NCBI GenBank assembly: GCA_963676835.2
Contig: CAXXFF010000004.1
Coordinates: 96,001 to 160,000, forward strand
DNA: 64,000 nucleotides
Source of the DNA: Marispirochaeta sp.
Lineage (GTDB): Bacteria > Spirochaetota > Spirochaetia > JC444 > Marispirochaetaceae
Direction: 5' to 3'
Shown here: positions 30,552 to 39,249 of the stretch, piece after piece
How positions within the stretch are numbered: position 1 is the stretch's first letter
Layout: each line of letters starts with the position of its first letter
Made by a program: the position numbers and the translations under genes
The notes under the pieces: model-generated
Databases searched by the model: none
What the model was told of the DNA's origin: nothing
Seen by the model: the letters and a program-made list of their open reading frames with translations, nothing else

Positions 30552-30582
30552 GGGTTCCGTTCATTTCCTTCGCTTTGAAGTA

Positions 30583-32055
30583 TCAGAACCCCTTGCGGAT
30601 AAAGGCATCGCGGAAGCCCTGAGCCTTGAAGTTCAAAAGCAGGGCGCCGCTCTCATCCGGCGAAAGGGGACCAACCAGAACCTTATAGTAAGCATTGCCC
30701 TGATTCAATACCAGCACCGGATAGGTGGAAGAGAATCTTTCCGCCGTGGAGCGGGCCGAGCCGGCGGAGGAAAAAACCGCTAACTGCAGATAATCCGATG
30801 CGGGGTCCAGATCTCCGAAAAGAACTGCCGGGGCAGAGGAACTGTCCACCGCAGCAGCTGCCTCGGGTGCTTCCTTAACCTCCGGTTCGGCAGGTTTTAC
30901 CGGTGCAACCGGGGGACGGTCTTCGGCAGGAACCAGGCTTATCTCCACATCTCCCTCGGGAACAACAGGGGGAGTTTTCTCTTCCGGGACCACCGCAATT
31001 GCGGGGGAGTCCTCTTCTTCGGTTTTTTCCAGAGGAGCCGCAGGAGCTTCCTGGAGGGCCGGTGCCGCAGCGGCAAAAGCCACCTCGTCTTCGCCATCAT
31101 AGGGCGGTTCGGGGAGGGGAAACAGTTCTGCAATTACCCGGTCCCGCTCTTTCTGTGCAGGAACAGCCGGAAGATCGGCGGCTGCAAAATTATCACCTTC
31201 TTCAACAGCCTTGGGATTATACATATTATCCGCCACCCGGGTTGCGGAAGCTTTATCCATTACAAAAGGTGCATCCGGAACAACCGAGAGGGAATCATCC
31301 GCCGGGTCTGATTGCACCAGGTTTTCAGTATAAGGCCCGGTAATTTCAGGTTCCGCCGGAACCGGCTCCGCTGCGGGGGCAACAACAATATCCGCAATCA
31401 CTGCAGGGTCGGTAATTACCGGCTCGTCCAGTGAACCTTCTTCTTCAGGAAGGGCTGACTCGAGTCCGGCAGAGCTGTCGGTCAGAAGCACAGGCTCAAC
31501 ATCTTCACTTACTTCGGGTGCAGGCTCTGCAATCACCTCTGGCGCCTCAGCATCTGCAGCTGCGATTACCAGAGGTTCCGCCATTGGCGGAGCTTCGGGC
31601 TCAACAGCAGGGGCTTTCTCCTCCGCCCCGAGATAACGGTCCAGGAAGGCCAGGTCATCCTCTGCATTGGGATTCAGATCGGGATCGGATGAATAGGGAC
31701 GGTCGGCGGATTCCACAGAAAGCCGGGAAGAGTTATCTGCAAGAACGATTCGGGTACGTACCACCCGGTTGTCCTGGATGCCGATTTCTTCTGCAGCCTC
31801 TCTGGAAAGCAGGAGAAAAAGTCCCGGATCATCCAGCCGGTCCACAATCATAACCTCAACGCTGGTTCCATTCTCAATGTTCTCAACCTTAACCAGAGTA
31901 TTCCGGGGGAATGAGTTTGAGGCGCCGTAGTATCCGGTGGCGGGAAACTCGCCATACCGGCCCATAGCCGTTGTTCCTTCCCATTCAGACTGGGCAAAAA
32001 GGAATAGCGTTGCCGACAGACTTGCTGCCAGCATTATTATCAGAATCTTTTTCAT
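30583..32055 (-). CDS. Exported protein: RlpA-like double-psi barrel, long acidic Pro/Ala linker, C-terminal SPOR domain
   Basis: ASNSFPRNTLVKVENIENGTSVEVMIVDR...LLSREAAEEIG; YLQLAVFSS...YKVLVGP...GFRDAFI. Confidence 0.8.
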   Translation of the reverse strand: MKKILIIMLAASLSATLFLFAQSEWEGTTAMGRYGEFPATGYYGASNSFPRNTLVKVENIENGTSVEVMIVDRLDDPGLFLLLSREAAEEIGIQDNRVVRTRIVLADNSSRLSVESADRPYSSDPDLNPNAEDDLAFLDRYLGAEEKAPAVEPEAPPMAEPLVIAAADAEAPEVIAEPAPEVSEDVEPVLLTDSSAGLESALPEEEGSLDEPVITDPAVIADIVVAPAAEPVPAEPEITGPYTENLVQSDPADDSLSVVPDAPFVMDKASATRVADNMYNPKAVEEGDNFAAADLPAVPAQKERDRVIAELFPLPEPPYDGEDEVAFAAAAPALQEAPAAPLEKTEEEDSPAIAVVPEEKTPPVVPEGDVEISLVPAEDRPPVAPVKPAEPEVKEAPEAAAAVDSSSAPAVLFGDLDPASDYLQLAVFSSAGSARSTAERFSSTYPVLVLNQGNAYYKVLVGPLSPDESGALLLNFKAQGFRDAFIRKGF

Positions 32056-32082
32056 ATTCCGCTCCTGAATATCGGACCCGTC

Positions 32083-32580
32083 TTAAAGCCGCAGTTTTCC
32101 CAGGGTACCGCTTGCAATGGATTCACCCATAACAATGCAGATATCGTTTACGGGAGTATCGGGTCTGTCGTTTACATCCTCCGGAACCAGGTCGCCCTGG
32201 GTAAGAAGGCCTCCGTCCAGAACACTGTACAGACGGTAACTTGCCTCCCGGGGAGTAAGGGCTTCTTCTTCTGAGACAGGCGCATTCAGGGAAAAATCAA
32301 TCTCCAGCAGAAAGTAGGCACCGCCGCTTTTTGCAAGCCTCATGGAAAGCCTTTCCGAGGGAATATCAAGCTTTTCATTGGAGACAACAACACCTGCATT
32401 GAAAACAATATGGCCCGCATCAAAGAGGGTTTCCATTACACCATCTTCCAGGGCGGCCTGCAGCTCCACAACTCCGGGTATCTCCGGATTCAGGGAGTTT
32501 TTGGTAAACACCAGTACGGTCTCGCCCCAGACGGGCAGGGAAACCATAAGGGCACAGATAAGGATAAGAAGACGATTCAT
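32083..32580 (-). CDS. Hypothetical exported protein
   Basis: GGAGG SD, signal peptide MNRLLILICALMVSLPVWG; EDGVMETLFDAGHIVFN. Confidence 0.75.
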   Translation of the reverse strand: MNRLLILICALMVSLPVWGETVLVFTKNSLNPEIPGVVELQAALEDGVMETLFDAGHIVFNAGVVVSNEKLDIPSERLSMRLAKSGGAYFLLEIDFSLNAPVSEEEALTPREASYRLYSVLDGGLLTQGDLVPEDVNDRPDTPVNDICIVMGESIASGTLGKLRL

Positions 32581-32597
32581 GGATACCTCCGCTTCTA

Positions 32598-32624
32598 GTA
32601 TCGACACTAAACAGCTGAGCTTGA
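32598..32624 (-). promoter_or_regulatory. Sigma28 (FliA)-like promoter
   Basis: Minus strand TCAA-N15-GTCGATAC versus consensus TAAA-N15-GCCGATAA; positioned just upstream of the SD and ATG 32580. Confidence 0.5.
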
Positions 32625-32661
32625 TCGCTTTTAAGCATCCGTGGTACGGTGCTTGTCATTC

Positions 32662-33237
32662 ATGGAATACTTTGTTCTACAGGTACAGACGGGAATGGAA
32701 GCCAAGGTTCTCAAACTGGCCCGGACGGAACTCCGGGTAAAAGGACTGACCGAAGAGTTTACCGGCCGGCTCCTGTTTCCCCAGAGGGTACTCCATATCC
32801 GCCGGCAGGGAAAAACCCGTAAGGAAAATGCCCCCATCTACCCCGGTTATCTCTTCCTGGAAGCCGAAAAGGTGGAACCCGAAGTCTACTGGGCTCTCCG
32901 CCCGGTTAAGGGCATATACAAGTTCCTTAAATCCAATACAGATATTGAACCTCTCCATGGCGAAGATCGCCGTATTCTGGTACACTTTCTTGAGCACGGA
33001 GAGACAGTTGCCCTCTCCAAGGTTGTTTTCGATGAGAACAGCAGGATTGTGGTAAAGGAAGGACCCCTTAAAGGTATGGAAGGCTCCATAGTAAAGGTGG
33101 ACAGACGCAAACGGCGGGCACGGGTGCGGCTGAGCATGTATAAAGACTCGTTTACCGTGGACTTCGGGTTCGAACTTCTGGACAGTGCAACAGAGACAAA
33201 AGAAGATACTCAAGAAGAGACGAAAGCAGAAAAGTAG
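32662..33237 (+). CDS. loaP: NusG-paralog transcription antiterminator, LoaP type
   Basis: YFVLQVQTGME, FPQRVLHIRRQG...PIYPGYLF (NGN); EGPLKGMEGSIVKVDRRKRRARV (basic KOW). Confidence 0.8.
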   Translation: MEYFVLQVQTGMEAKVLKLARTELRVKGLTEEFTGRLLFPQRVLHIRRQGKTRKENAPIYPGYLFLEAEKVEPEVYWALRPVKGIYKFLKSNTDIEPLHGEDRRILVHFLEHGETVALSKVVFDENSRIVVKEGPLKGMEGSIVKVDRRKRRARVRLSMYKDSFTVDFGFELLDSATETKEDTQEETKAEK

Positions 33238-33239
33238 GA

Positions 33240-34715
33240 ATGCAGAAAAACGCCAGGACCTTATTTATCATAGGCGCAGGCTTTGCCGGCCGGGAGATCG
33301 CTGCGGAAATCCGCACCAAGGGCACCTTTGGAAAAGTGGTGGCCTTTCTCGACGACAACCCGGCAAAAATAGGCAGCGAAATAGAAGGCGTTCCGGTTCT
33401 GGGACCGATAAAAAATGTACACCACATTAAACAGGCATGCCCGGCAGATGAAGCCCTTATCGCCATTCCCGGTGCAACCACAGCCCAGCTGAAAACAATC
33501 TACGAAGCCCTGTCATCAGCTGCATTTGAACGGATACGCATTCTGCCTAATCTTGCTCAGATAATCGACGGTGATGCCCACCTTATCCAGACAAGAGAGA
33601 TCGCAGTGGAAGACCTTTTAGGGCGCACCCCGGTGAGGATTCCCCTGAAAGAGACCTTGAGTTACCTCCGGGGCAAGCGGGTACTGATCACCGGAGCCGG
33701 CGGGAGTATCGGCTCTGAGCTTTCGCGGCAGCTTCTTTCCGCCGGCGCCGAGCGTCTCTACCTGCTGGACCACGGCGAGAACAACGTCTACGAGATTGAA
33801 AAAGAGCTGCGGATCCTCCAGGAAGAGGGAGTCGGCGAAAAGGCAACCCTGGTGCCGGTAATCGGTGACCTGAAAGACCGGGATTACACCCGCTTTATTA
33901 TAGAGAGGCTGAAAGCGGATATCGTCTTTCACTGCGCCGCCTACAAACATGTTCCCATGGCCGAGAACAATCCGGTGGAAGTGGTAAAGAACAATGTGTT
34001 CGGTACCCTGAATCTGGTGGAAGCGGTCCGGGACACCGAAACATCCCGTCTGGTGCTTATATCCACCGATAAAGCTGTTGAACCTGCCTATATCTACGGT
34101 GCCTCCAAACTTATCTGCGAAGAGGCGGTAATGTCCGGAAACAACGGCAGTCAGCATTTTATGACCGTACGTTTCGGGAATGTACTGGATTCACGGGGCA
34201 GTATAGTGCCTCTGTTCAAAAAACAGATACTCAAAGGCGGCCCGGTTACCATTACCGATGCCCGGGCCTCGCGGTTTTTCATGACCATTCCCGAAGCGGT
34301 ATCCCTGGTCCTCAAGGCGGGCAGTCTGGGAAGCGGAGGCGAGCTTTACGTACTGGATATGGGTGAACCTGTCCTTATCCGTGAGCTGGCCGAACAGATG
34401 ATCCGCTTCTACGGCTTCGAACCCGGAAGAGATATCGGTATTGAATATATCGGACTCCGGCCGGGAGAAAAACTTGAAGAAAAGCTCTGGTCCGCCGGAG
34501 AGACAAGTGAAGCAACTGATTTTCCCCGGATACTCCGGCTGACTTCCCGTGAAGGCCTCAATGGCGACCTGAGAAGCCTGGTGGAAAAGCTGCACCCTGT
34601 CTGCTATTTCGACAAGGACCGGGCCGATGAATACCGCAACCGGCGTCTTCTGCGCACAATTCTGGCAGAGTACATCCCGGGATTTGAGACAGCCGATGAT
34701 GAACCCAGATACTGA
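33240..34715 (+). CDS. UDP-GlcNAc 4,6-dehydratase, PglF/CapD family, lacking the N-terminal TM region
   Basis: IIGAGFAG, EDLLGR, ITGAGGSIGSEL, HCAAYKHVP, ISTDKA, YGASK, VRFGNVLDSRGS, GLRPGEKL. Confidence 0.92.
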   Translation: MQKNARTLFIIGAGFAGREIAAEIRTKGTFGKVVAFLDDNPAKIGSEIEGVPVLGPIKNVHHIKQACPADEALIAIPGATTAQLKTIYEALSSAAFERIRILPNLAQIIDGDAHLIQTREIAVEDLLGRTPVRIPLKETLSYLRGKRVLITGAGGSIGSELSRQLLSAGAERLYLLDHGENNVYEIEKELRILQEEGVGEKATLVPVIGDLKDRDYTRFIIERLKADIVFHCAAYKHVPMAENNPVEVVKNNVFGTLNLVEAVRDTETSRLVLISTDKAVEPAYIYGASKLICEEAVMSGNNGSQHFMTVRFGNVLDSRGSIVPLFKKQILKGGPVTITDARASRFFMTIPEAVSLVLKAGSLGSGGELYVLDMGEPVLIRELAEQMIRFYGFEPGRDIGIEYIGLRPGEKLEEKLWSAGETSEATDFPRILRLTSREGLNGDLRSLVEKLHPVCYFDKDRADEYRNRRLLRTILAEYIPGFETADDEPRY

Positions 34716-35868
34716 TTTCCTGCCCTTCGCCCTCCCCTCTCTTGGAAAAGAGGAAGAAGAGGCGGCCCTGCGGGTAATACGCTCCGGATGGCTTACCACC
34801 GGAAGAGAGACCGCCGCCTTTGAAGAAGAATTTGCCCGCAAGGTCGGAGCCCGCTTCGCTCTGGCCCTGAACTCAGCCACCGCAGGCCTGCACCTCGGGC
34901 TGGAAGCCCTCGGCATCGGCCCGGAAAGTACAATTATAACCACACCCTACACCTTTACCGCCACAGCCGAAGCTGCCCGGTACATGGGGGCACGGATTGT
35001 CTTCTGCGATATCGGGCCTTCAGGTTTCAATATGGACCCGGAAATGCTGGAACAGTGTTTTAAACAATGCCGGGCCGAAGGGATGAATGTTCAGGCTGTA
35101 CTGCCTGTGCATATAGGCGGCGAACCATGCGGAATGACTGCAATTATGGAGCTTGCCCGGCAGTACGGGGCAGCGGTGCTGGAAGATGCGGCCCATGCCT
35201 TTCCGGTAAAATCAGACGACGGCAAATGGACCGGAACATCCGGTAATGCCGGGGTCTACTCATTCTACGCCACCAAGACCATTACCACCGGAGAGGGGGG
35301 CATGCTGGTGACCGATGACGAGGATCTCGCAGCCCGGGTACGGGTGATGCGGCTCCACGGCATAGACAGAACCATCTGGGACCGCTACACCTCTGCCTCT
35401 TCCGGCTGGAGCTACAGTGTTGTGGAAGCAGGCTACAAGTACAACATGACCGACCTTGCCGCTGCCATCGGCAGGGAGCAGCTGAAAAAAGCTGACCTGT
35501 TCCTGGAACAGCGGAGATATATTGCAGCCCGGTACCGGGAATCAATGGACGGACTGCCCGGGCTTATTCTGCCTGAAGACAAGGAAGAGCATGCCTGGCA
35601 CCTCTTTATTATCGGACTGTCCCCTGAAGCCGGAATAAGCCGGGATGCAATGATAGAAGCTTTGAGAAAACAGGGCGTCGGCACTTCGGTCCATTATATT
35701 CCCCTCCATGTAATGCCCTATTACCGCGAGCTCTACAAGCTTGAACCCGGAGATTTCCCCAATGCCTGGGAGAGGTATAAAAAATCCTTAAGTCTGCCGA
35801 TTTTTCCCGGTATGACCGACAGCCAGGTTGACAGAGTTATTGAGGCGGTCAAGAATAGTCTCGTATAA
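34696..35868 (+). CDS. DegT/DnrJ/EryC1/StrS PLP-dependent sugar aminotransferase (PglE-like)
   Basis: SGWLTTG, NSATAGLH, EDAAHA, SFYATKTITTGEGG (PLP Lys), GYKYNM, SLPIFP. Confidence 0.93.
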   Translation: MMNPDTDFLPFALPSLGKEEEEAALRVIRSGWLTTGRETAAFEEEFARKVGARFALALNSATAGLHLGLEALGIGPESTIITTPYTFTATAEAARYMGARIVFCDIGPSGFNMDPEMLEQCFKQCRAEGMNVQAVLPVHIGGEPCGMTAIMELARQYGAAVLEDAAHAFPVKSDDGKWTGTSGNAGVYSFYATKTITTGEGGMLVTDDEDLAARVRVMRLHGIDRTIWDRYTSASSGWSYSVVEAGYKYNMTDLAAAIGREQLKKADLFLEQRRYIAARYRESMDGLPGLILPEDKEEHAWHLFIIGLSPEAGISRDAMIEALRKQGVGTSVHYIPLHVMPYYRELYKLEPGDFPNAWERYKKSLSLPIFPGMTDSQVDRVIEAVKNSLV

Positions 35869-35880
35869 TAAACGGAGACT

Positions 35881-37914
35881 ATGGACCGCCGAAACATCAA
35901 GTACATCGACGATTATTTTGACTCACCCATGCTGCATCTGAAGATTTACCGCTCTTCCATTTCGCGGGGGTTTATCAGCCGTATTTCATATCCGGATCCT
36001 CCAGAAGGGATTTTGGTTCTTGGAGCCCAGGATATTCCCGGAGAAAACAGTCTTGAACTGGCCGCAGAAAGCAGAATGCCCCTGCTGGCAGAGGGAGAAA
36101 TCAAATATCAGGGACAGCCTGTTCTACTCATTGGTGGAGAAAATCCTGCCGAGGTGGAAGCCTTTATGCAGGCCATAGAGGTATCCTGCTACGGTATTAC
36201 CGACATGCCCGATTTTTCCCGCCCCGACGAGGCGGAAACCATAATGGAAACCCGCTTCACCGAGGGCAGGGCTCCTGCAAAGAAGCAGAAAGAACTCCGG
36301 ACACAAACAGAAGAGTACTTCATCGAAGAGACCCTTCCCTGGACCATAGATACCCAGGGAGGATATGCCTGCTTTGAGGAGGGCCGTCTTACGGTCTACT
36401 CTTCAACCCAGTGGCTCCACCATGTGCACAAGAGTGTCGCATCCGTTCTGGCGATTCCAGGGAAAGAGCTGACAGTTCGCCGGACTGCCTATTCGGCCCA
36501 GTTTGAAGAGAAGCTCTGGTATCCCTCTATTCTCGCCTGTTATGCGGCCCTTGCCGCCAGGCTCAGCGGTAAATCATCCAGACTTGTGCTGATGCCCAGG
36601 GAGAGGCTTTTCTTCGGGCCCCGGGGAACACCTTTAAGAATCCGGCATACCAGCAGTCTCGATGAGAAAGGTAAGGTTCAATCCTCCCGGGTTGCAATAG
36701 ATCTCGAATCGGGAGCTTTTTCCGTCTACTCGGAAGAAGTTCTTAAACGGGCGGCCCTGGCTTCGGTGGGGACTTACCGCAGCAGGCATACAACGGTAAG
36801 TGCCCGGTTGATAGAAACCCCCAGACGCCCTCTGGACTTTTCCCCGGGAGCAGGCGTTGCGGGATGCTTCTTTGCCTCGGAACTCCATGCCGAAGGAATG
36901 GCTGCAGAAGCAGGCACAGATCCTCTAACCTGGCGCCTGGAGAATCTGAGCGAAGCCGCAGAACCCCTGGCAGCGCTTCTTCAGAGAGTGGCGGACGAGT
37001 CGGATTTCCGCCGCAGATATGCGGCATACGAACTGGTAAAACAGCGGAGAGAGACCGCCGGATGCGGTTCACAGCCCATGAGGGGCATCGGAATAGCTGC
37101 GGTCTATCAGGGAAACGGCTTTTTCGGTCTTGGCGAAGAAGCGGGAAAATTCAAGGTGACCGCCAGACTGGAATCCGAAGGTGATCTCTACATCTACACC
37201 TCCGGGCTTTCCGGAATGCACCGCACATCCTCTCTGGCCCGCCGCCGTGCCGCGGAAATTCTCGGTATTCCCAGGGAGGGAGTACATATTATAAACGACG
37301 ATACCGACCTTGTACCGGAAAGCGGGCCCTCCGGCCTCTCCCGGAACATCACTATAGTCTACCGGCTGGTTGAGCGCTGCTGCGAAGGCATAAAGAAAAA
37401 ACGCTTCCGCAACCCTCTGCCCATAGAGGTGTCCCGCTCCTTCCGGCTGCCGGCCAAAAACCGCTGGGATGAGAAAAGCCTCAGCGGCAATCCCTATACC
37501 GCAAAATCCTGGGCCGCCTGTGTGGTGGAAATTGAGATGACCCCGGTGCTGCTTGAGCCTTCGGTACGGGGAATATGGGCCGCCATGGACTGCGGAGAGA
37601 TAGTCCACCGTCACAGAGCGGAGAGCTCGCTGGAAACAGGAATACTCCATGCTGTCGAGAGCTGCGGTTTTGACCTCAAGGAGAAGGTAGACCGGGGGAA
37701 TCCCTTTTTTCTCCCCGAATTCAGACATCTTCCGCCGATCCACCTCAGCTTCAACCGTAATTCCCTGCAGAAGTTTCCTTCCGGAATTGGAGATCTGCCC
37801 CATATTATGGTACCGCCGGCCTATGCTTCAGCCCTGAATCAGGCTGCGGGAGTGCGGTTTACCCATTTTCCTCTTTCACCCCGTAAAATACACCAGTTCA
37901 TGGAGGAAAAATGA
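35881..37914 (+). CDS. Xanthine dehydrogenase family large (molybdopterin-binding) subunit, degenerate
   Basis: AQDIPGEN, YQGQPV, VYSSTQ, FASELH, DPLTWRLEN, RGIGIA, DTDLVPESGP, DCGEIV; the Moco-binding motifs are not conserved. Confidence 0.85.
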   Translation: MDRRNIKYIDDYFDSPMLHLKIYRSSISRGFISRISYPDPPEGILVLGAQDIPGENSLELAAESRMPLLAEGEIKYQGQPVLLIGGENPAEVEAFMQAIEVSCYGITDMPDFSRPDEAETIMETRFTEGRAPAKKQKELRTQTEEYFIEETLPWTIDTQGGYACFEEGRLTVYSSTQWLHHVHKSVASVLAIPGKELTVRRTAYSAQFEEKLWYPSILACYAALAARLSGKSSRLVLMPRERLFFGPRGTPLRIRHTSSLDEKGKVQSSRVAIDLESGAFSVYSEEVLKRAALASVGTYRSRHTTVSARLIETPRRPLDFSPGAGVAGCFFASELHAEGMAAEAGTDPLTWRLENLSEAAEPLAALLQRVADESDFRRRYAAYELVKQRRETAGCGSQPMRGIGIAAVYQGNGFFGLGEEAGKFKVTARLESEGDLYIYTSGLSGMHRTSSLARRRAAEILGIPREGVHIINDDTDLVPESGPSGLSRNITIVYRLVERCCEGIKKKRFRNPLPIEVSRSFRLPAKNRWDEKSLSGNPYTAKSWAACVVEIEMTPVLLEPSVRGIWAAMDCGEIVHRHRAESSLETGILHAVESCGFDLKEKVDRGNPFFLPEFRHLPPIHLSFNRNSLQKFPSGIGDLPHIMVPPAYASALNQAAGVRFTHFPLSPRKIHQFMEEK

Positions 37915-38390
37915 AGATAGAGTTTATCCTCAATGGATCCCCGGTCTCCCTGGACATTGAGTCCGACAAGCTGCTTATCGATCTTCTGCGCAACCGCTTC
38001 AATCTTATAGGTACCCATGCGGGCTGCAGAACCGGCGAATGCGGAGCCTGTATTGTACTGGTAAACGGAGAAATCTTTCATGCCTGTCTGCTGCCCATGT
38101 TTAAAGTGCGCGGCACCCGGGTAACCACTATAGAGGGCTTTGCCAGACAGCATGCCTACCGGGAGATCCTTGCAGGATTCAGGGAAGCAGGATTAAGCCC
38201 ATGCCGCTTCTGCGCTCCAGGACGCATACTGGTTACCCACTCCCTGCTTGAGCACTCCTCAAATCCGGAGGAAGAGGAAATTACCGAGGCATTCCGGGCC
38301 GTAAAATGCCGCTGCACCGACCCGAGAACCTACCAGAAAGCCGTCCAGTATGCCGGGCGCCTGAGAAGGAACAAACACCGTGTCGGCTGA
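37911..38390 (+). CDS. (2Fe-2S)-binding small subunit (CoxS/XdhC-like)
   Basis: GCRTGECGAC...AC and CRFCAPG...CRCT: all eight Cys present; VTTIEG. Confidence 0.92.
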   Translation: MKIEFILNGSPVSLDIESDKLLIDLLRNRFNLIGTHAGCRTGECGACIVLVNGEIFHACLLPMFKVRGTRVTTIEGFARQHAYREILAGFREAGLSPCRFCAPGRILVTHSLLEHSSNPEEEEITEAFRAVKCRCTDPRTYQKAVQYAGRLRRNKHRVG

Positions 38391-39249
38391 ACTGCGCAGG
38401 GAACAGCGGCCTAAAAAAGTATTCACCCCGGCGGGCCTCACAGATATGCTCAACTATTATCGTGATCATCCCCGGGCTGTACCCTTCGCCGGCGGGACCT
38501 ATCTCCTGCTCACCCGGGATCTGGTCAAAAACCAAGTGTACAATGAGCTGATAGAAACAAGCAGAGTTCCAGAACTCAACCATATAAGCCGCACCGAACG
38601 CTACATGGAAATAGGCGCGGCAGTCCCCATCAGCAGGATTCTCCGTACAGGTCGTCATGTCATGCCCAGAGCACTCTATTCAGCACTCAGCCAGATAGGC
38701 GGACCGGCACTGCGCAACCAGGCAACCCTGGGAGGAAACCTCTGCAGCCCGGAACACCGGCTTTCCATATACCCCATACTGCTGCTTCTGGATGTCCGGC
38801 TGGAGCTGCGCCGTTCAGGCGGCAGCCGTTGGGTTAATCTTAACCGTTTTATCAATTCCGAAGGACGGCCTATCTTTGAAGCAGGAGAACTGCTGACCCG
38901 CATCCGGATTCCCTTTCTCAGCTGGGATGTGGAGGAGTTCCGTCAGCAGGAGCGGATTTTCTCATCTGATCATTTTATTTTCTGCGGTATAGCAAGCCGC
39001 CAGAAAGAGATCCTCAGCGATCTGCGAACCTGCTTCTGCCTGGGTAACAAGCAGGTTATCCGGGCCCGTAACGTCGAGGCCGAACTGATCGGCCGCAGAC
39101 TCCCCCTGCCGGAGGACGACCGCCGGGAAACCGCCCTTATTCTGCAGCACCAGATAGAGAGAAACCACCCCGACCTGGATCCTTTTCAGGCGGAACGGAT
39201 ACGGCGCAATATGAACTGGTTCATGCAGCGCCTGAATGAATCAATCTGA
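38380..39249 (+). CDS. FAD-binding medium subunit (CoxM/XdhB-like)
   Basis: FAGGTYL, IGAAV, LRNQATLGGNL, GELLTRIRIP; GTG start overlapping the previous stop. Confidence 0.9.
   Translation: MSAELRREQRPKKVFTPAGLTDMLNYYRDHPRAVPFAGGTYLLLTRDLVKNQVYNELIETSRVPELNHISRTERYMEIGAAVPISRILRTGRHVMPRALYSALSQIGGPALRNQATLGGNLCSPEHRLSIYPILLLLDVRLELRRSGGSRWVNLNRFINSEGRPIFEAGELLTRIRIPFLSWDVEEFRQQERIFSSDHFIFCGIASRQKEILSDLRTCFCLGNKQVIRARNVEAELIGRRLPLPEDDRRETALILQHQIERNHPDLDPFQAERIRRNMNWFMQRLNESI

Noticed and set aside
30840..31650. Pro/Ala/Glu-rich region as a DNA repeat
   Set aside because: No exact nucleotide repeat; it is the linker of the SPOR protein.
32633..32654. Small hairpin AAGCATCCGT-GGT-ACGGTGCTT as a LoaP recognition element
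   Set aside because: It overlaps the likely promoter so may not be transcribed, has no UNCG-type loop, and the 81-bp gap leaves no room for a typical leader with a terminator.
35881..39249. Annotation as a functional xanthine or CO dehydrogenase
   Set aside because: Moco-binding loops and the catalytic Glu are missing, and no Moco maturation or purine catabolism genes are adjacent.
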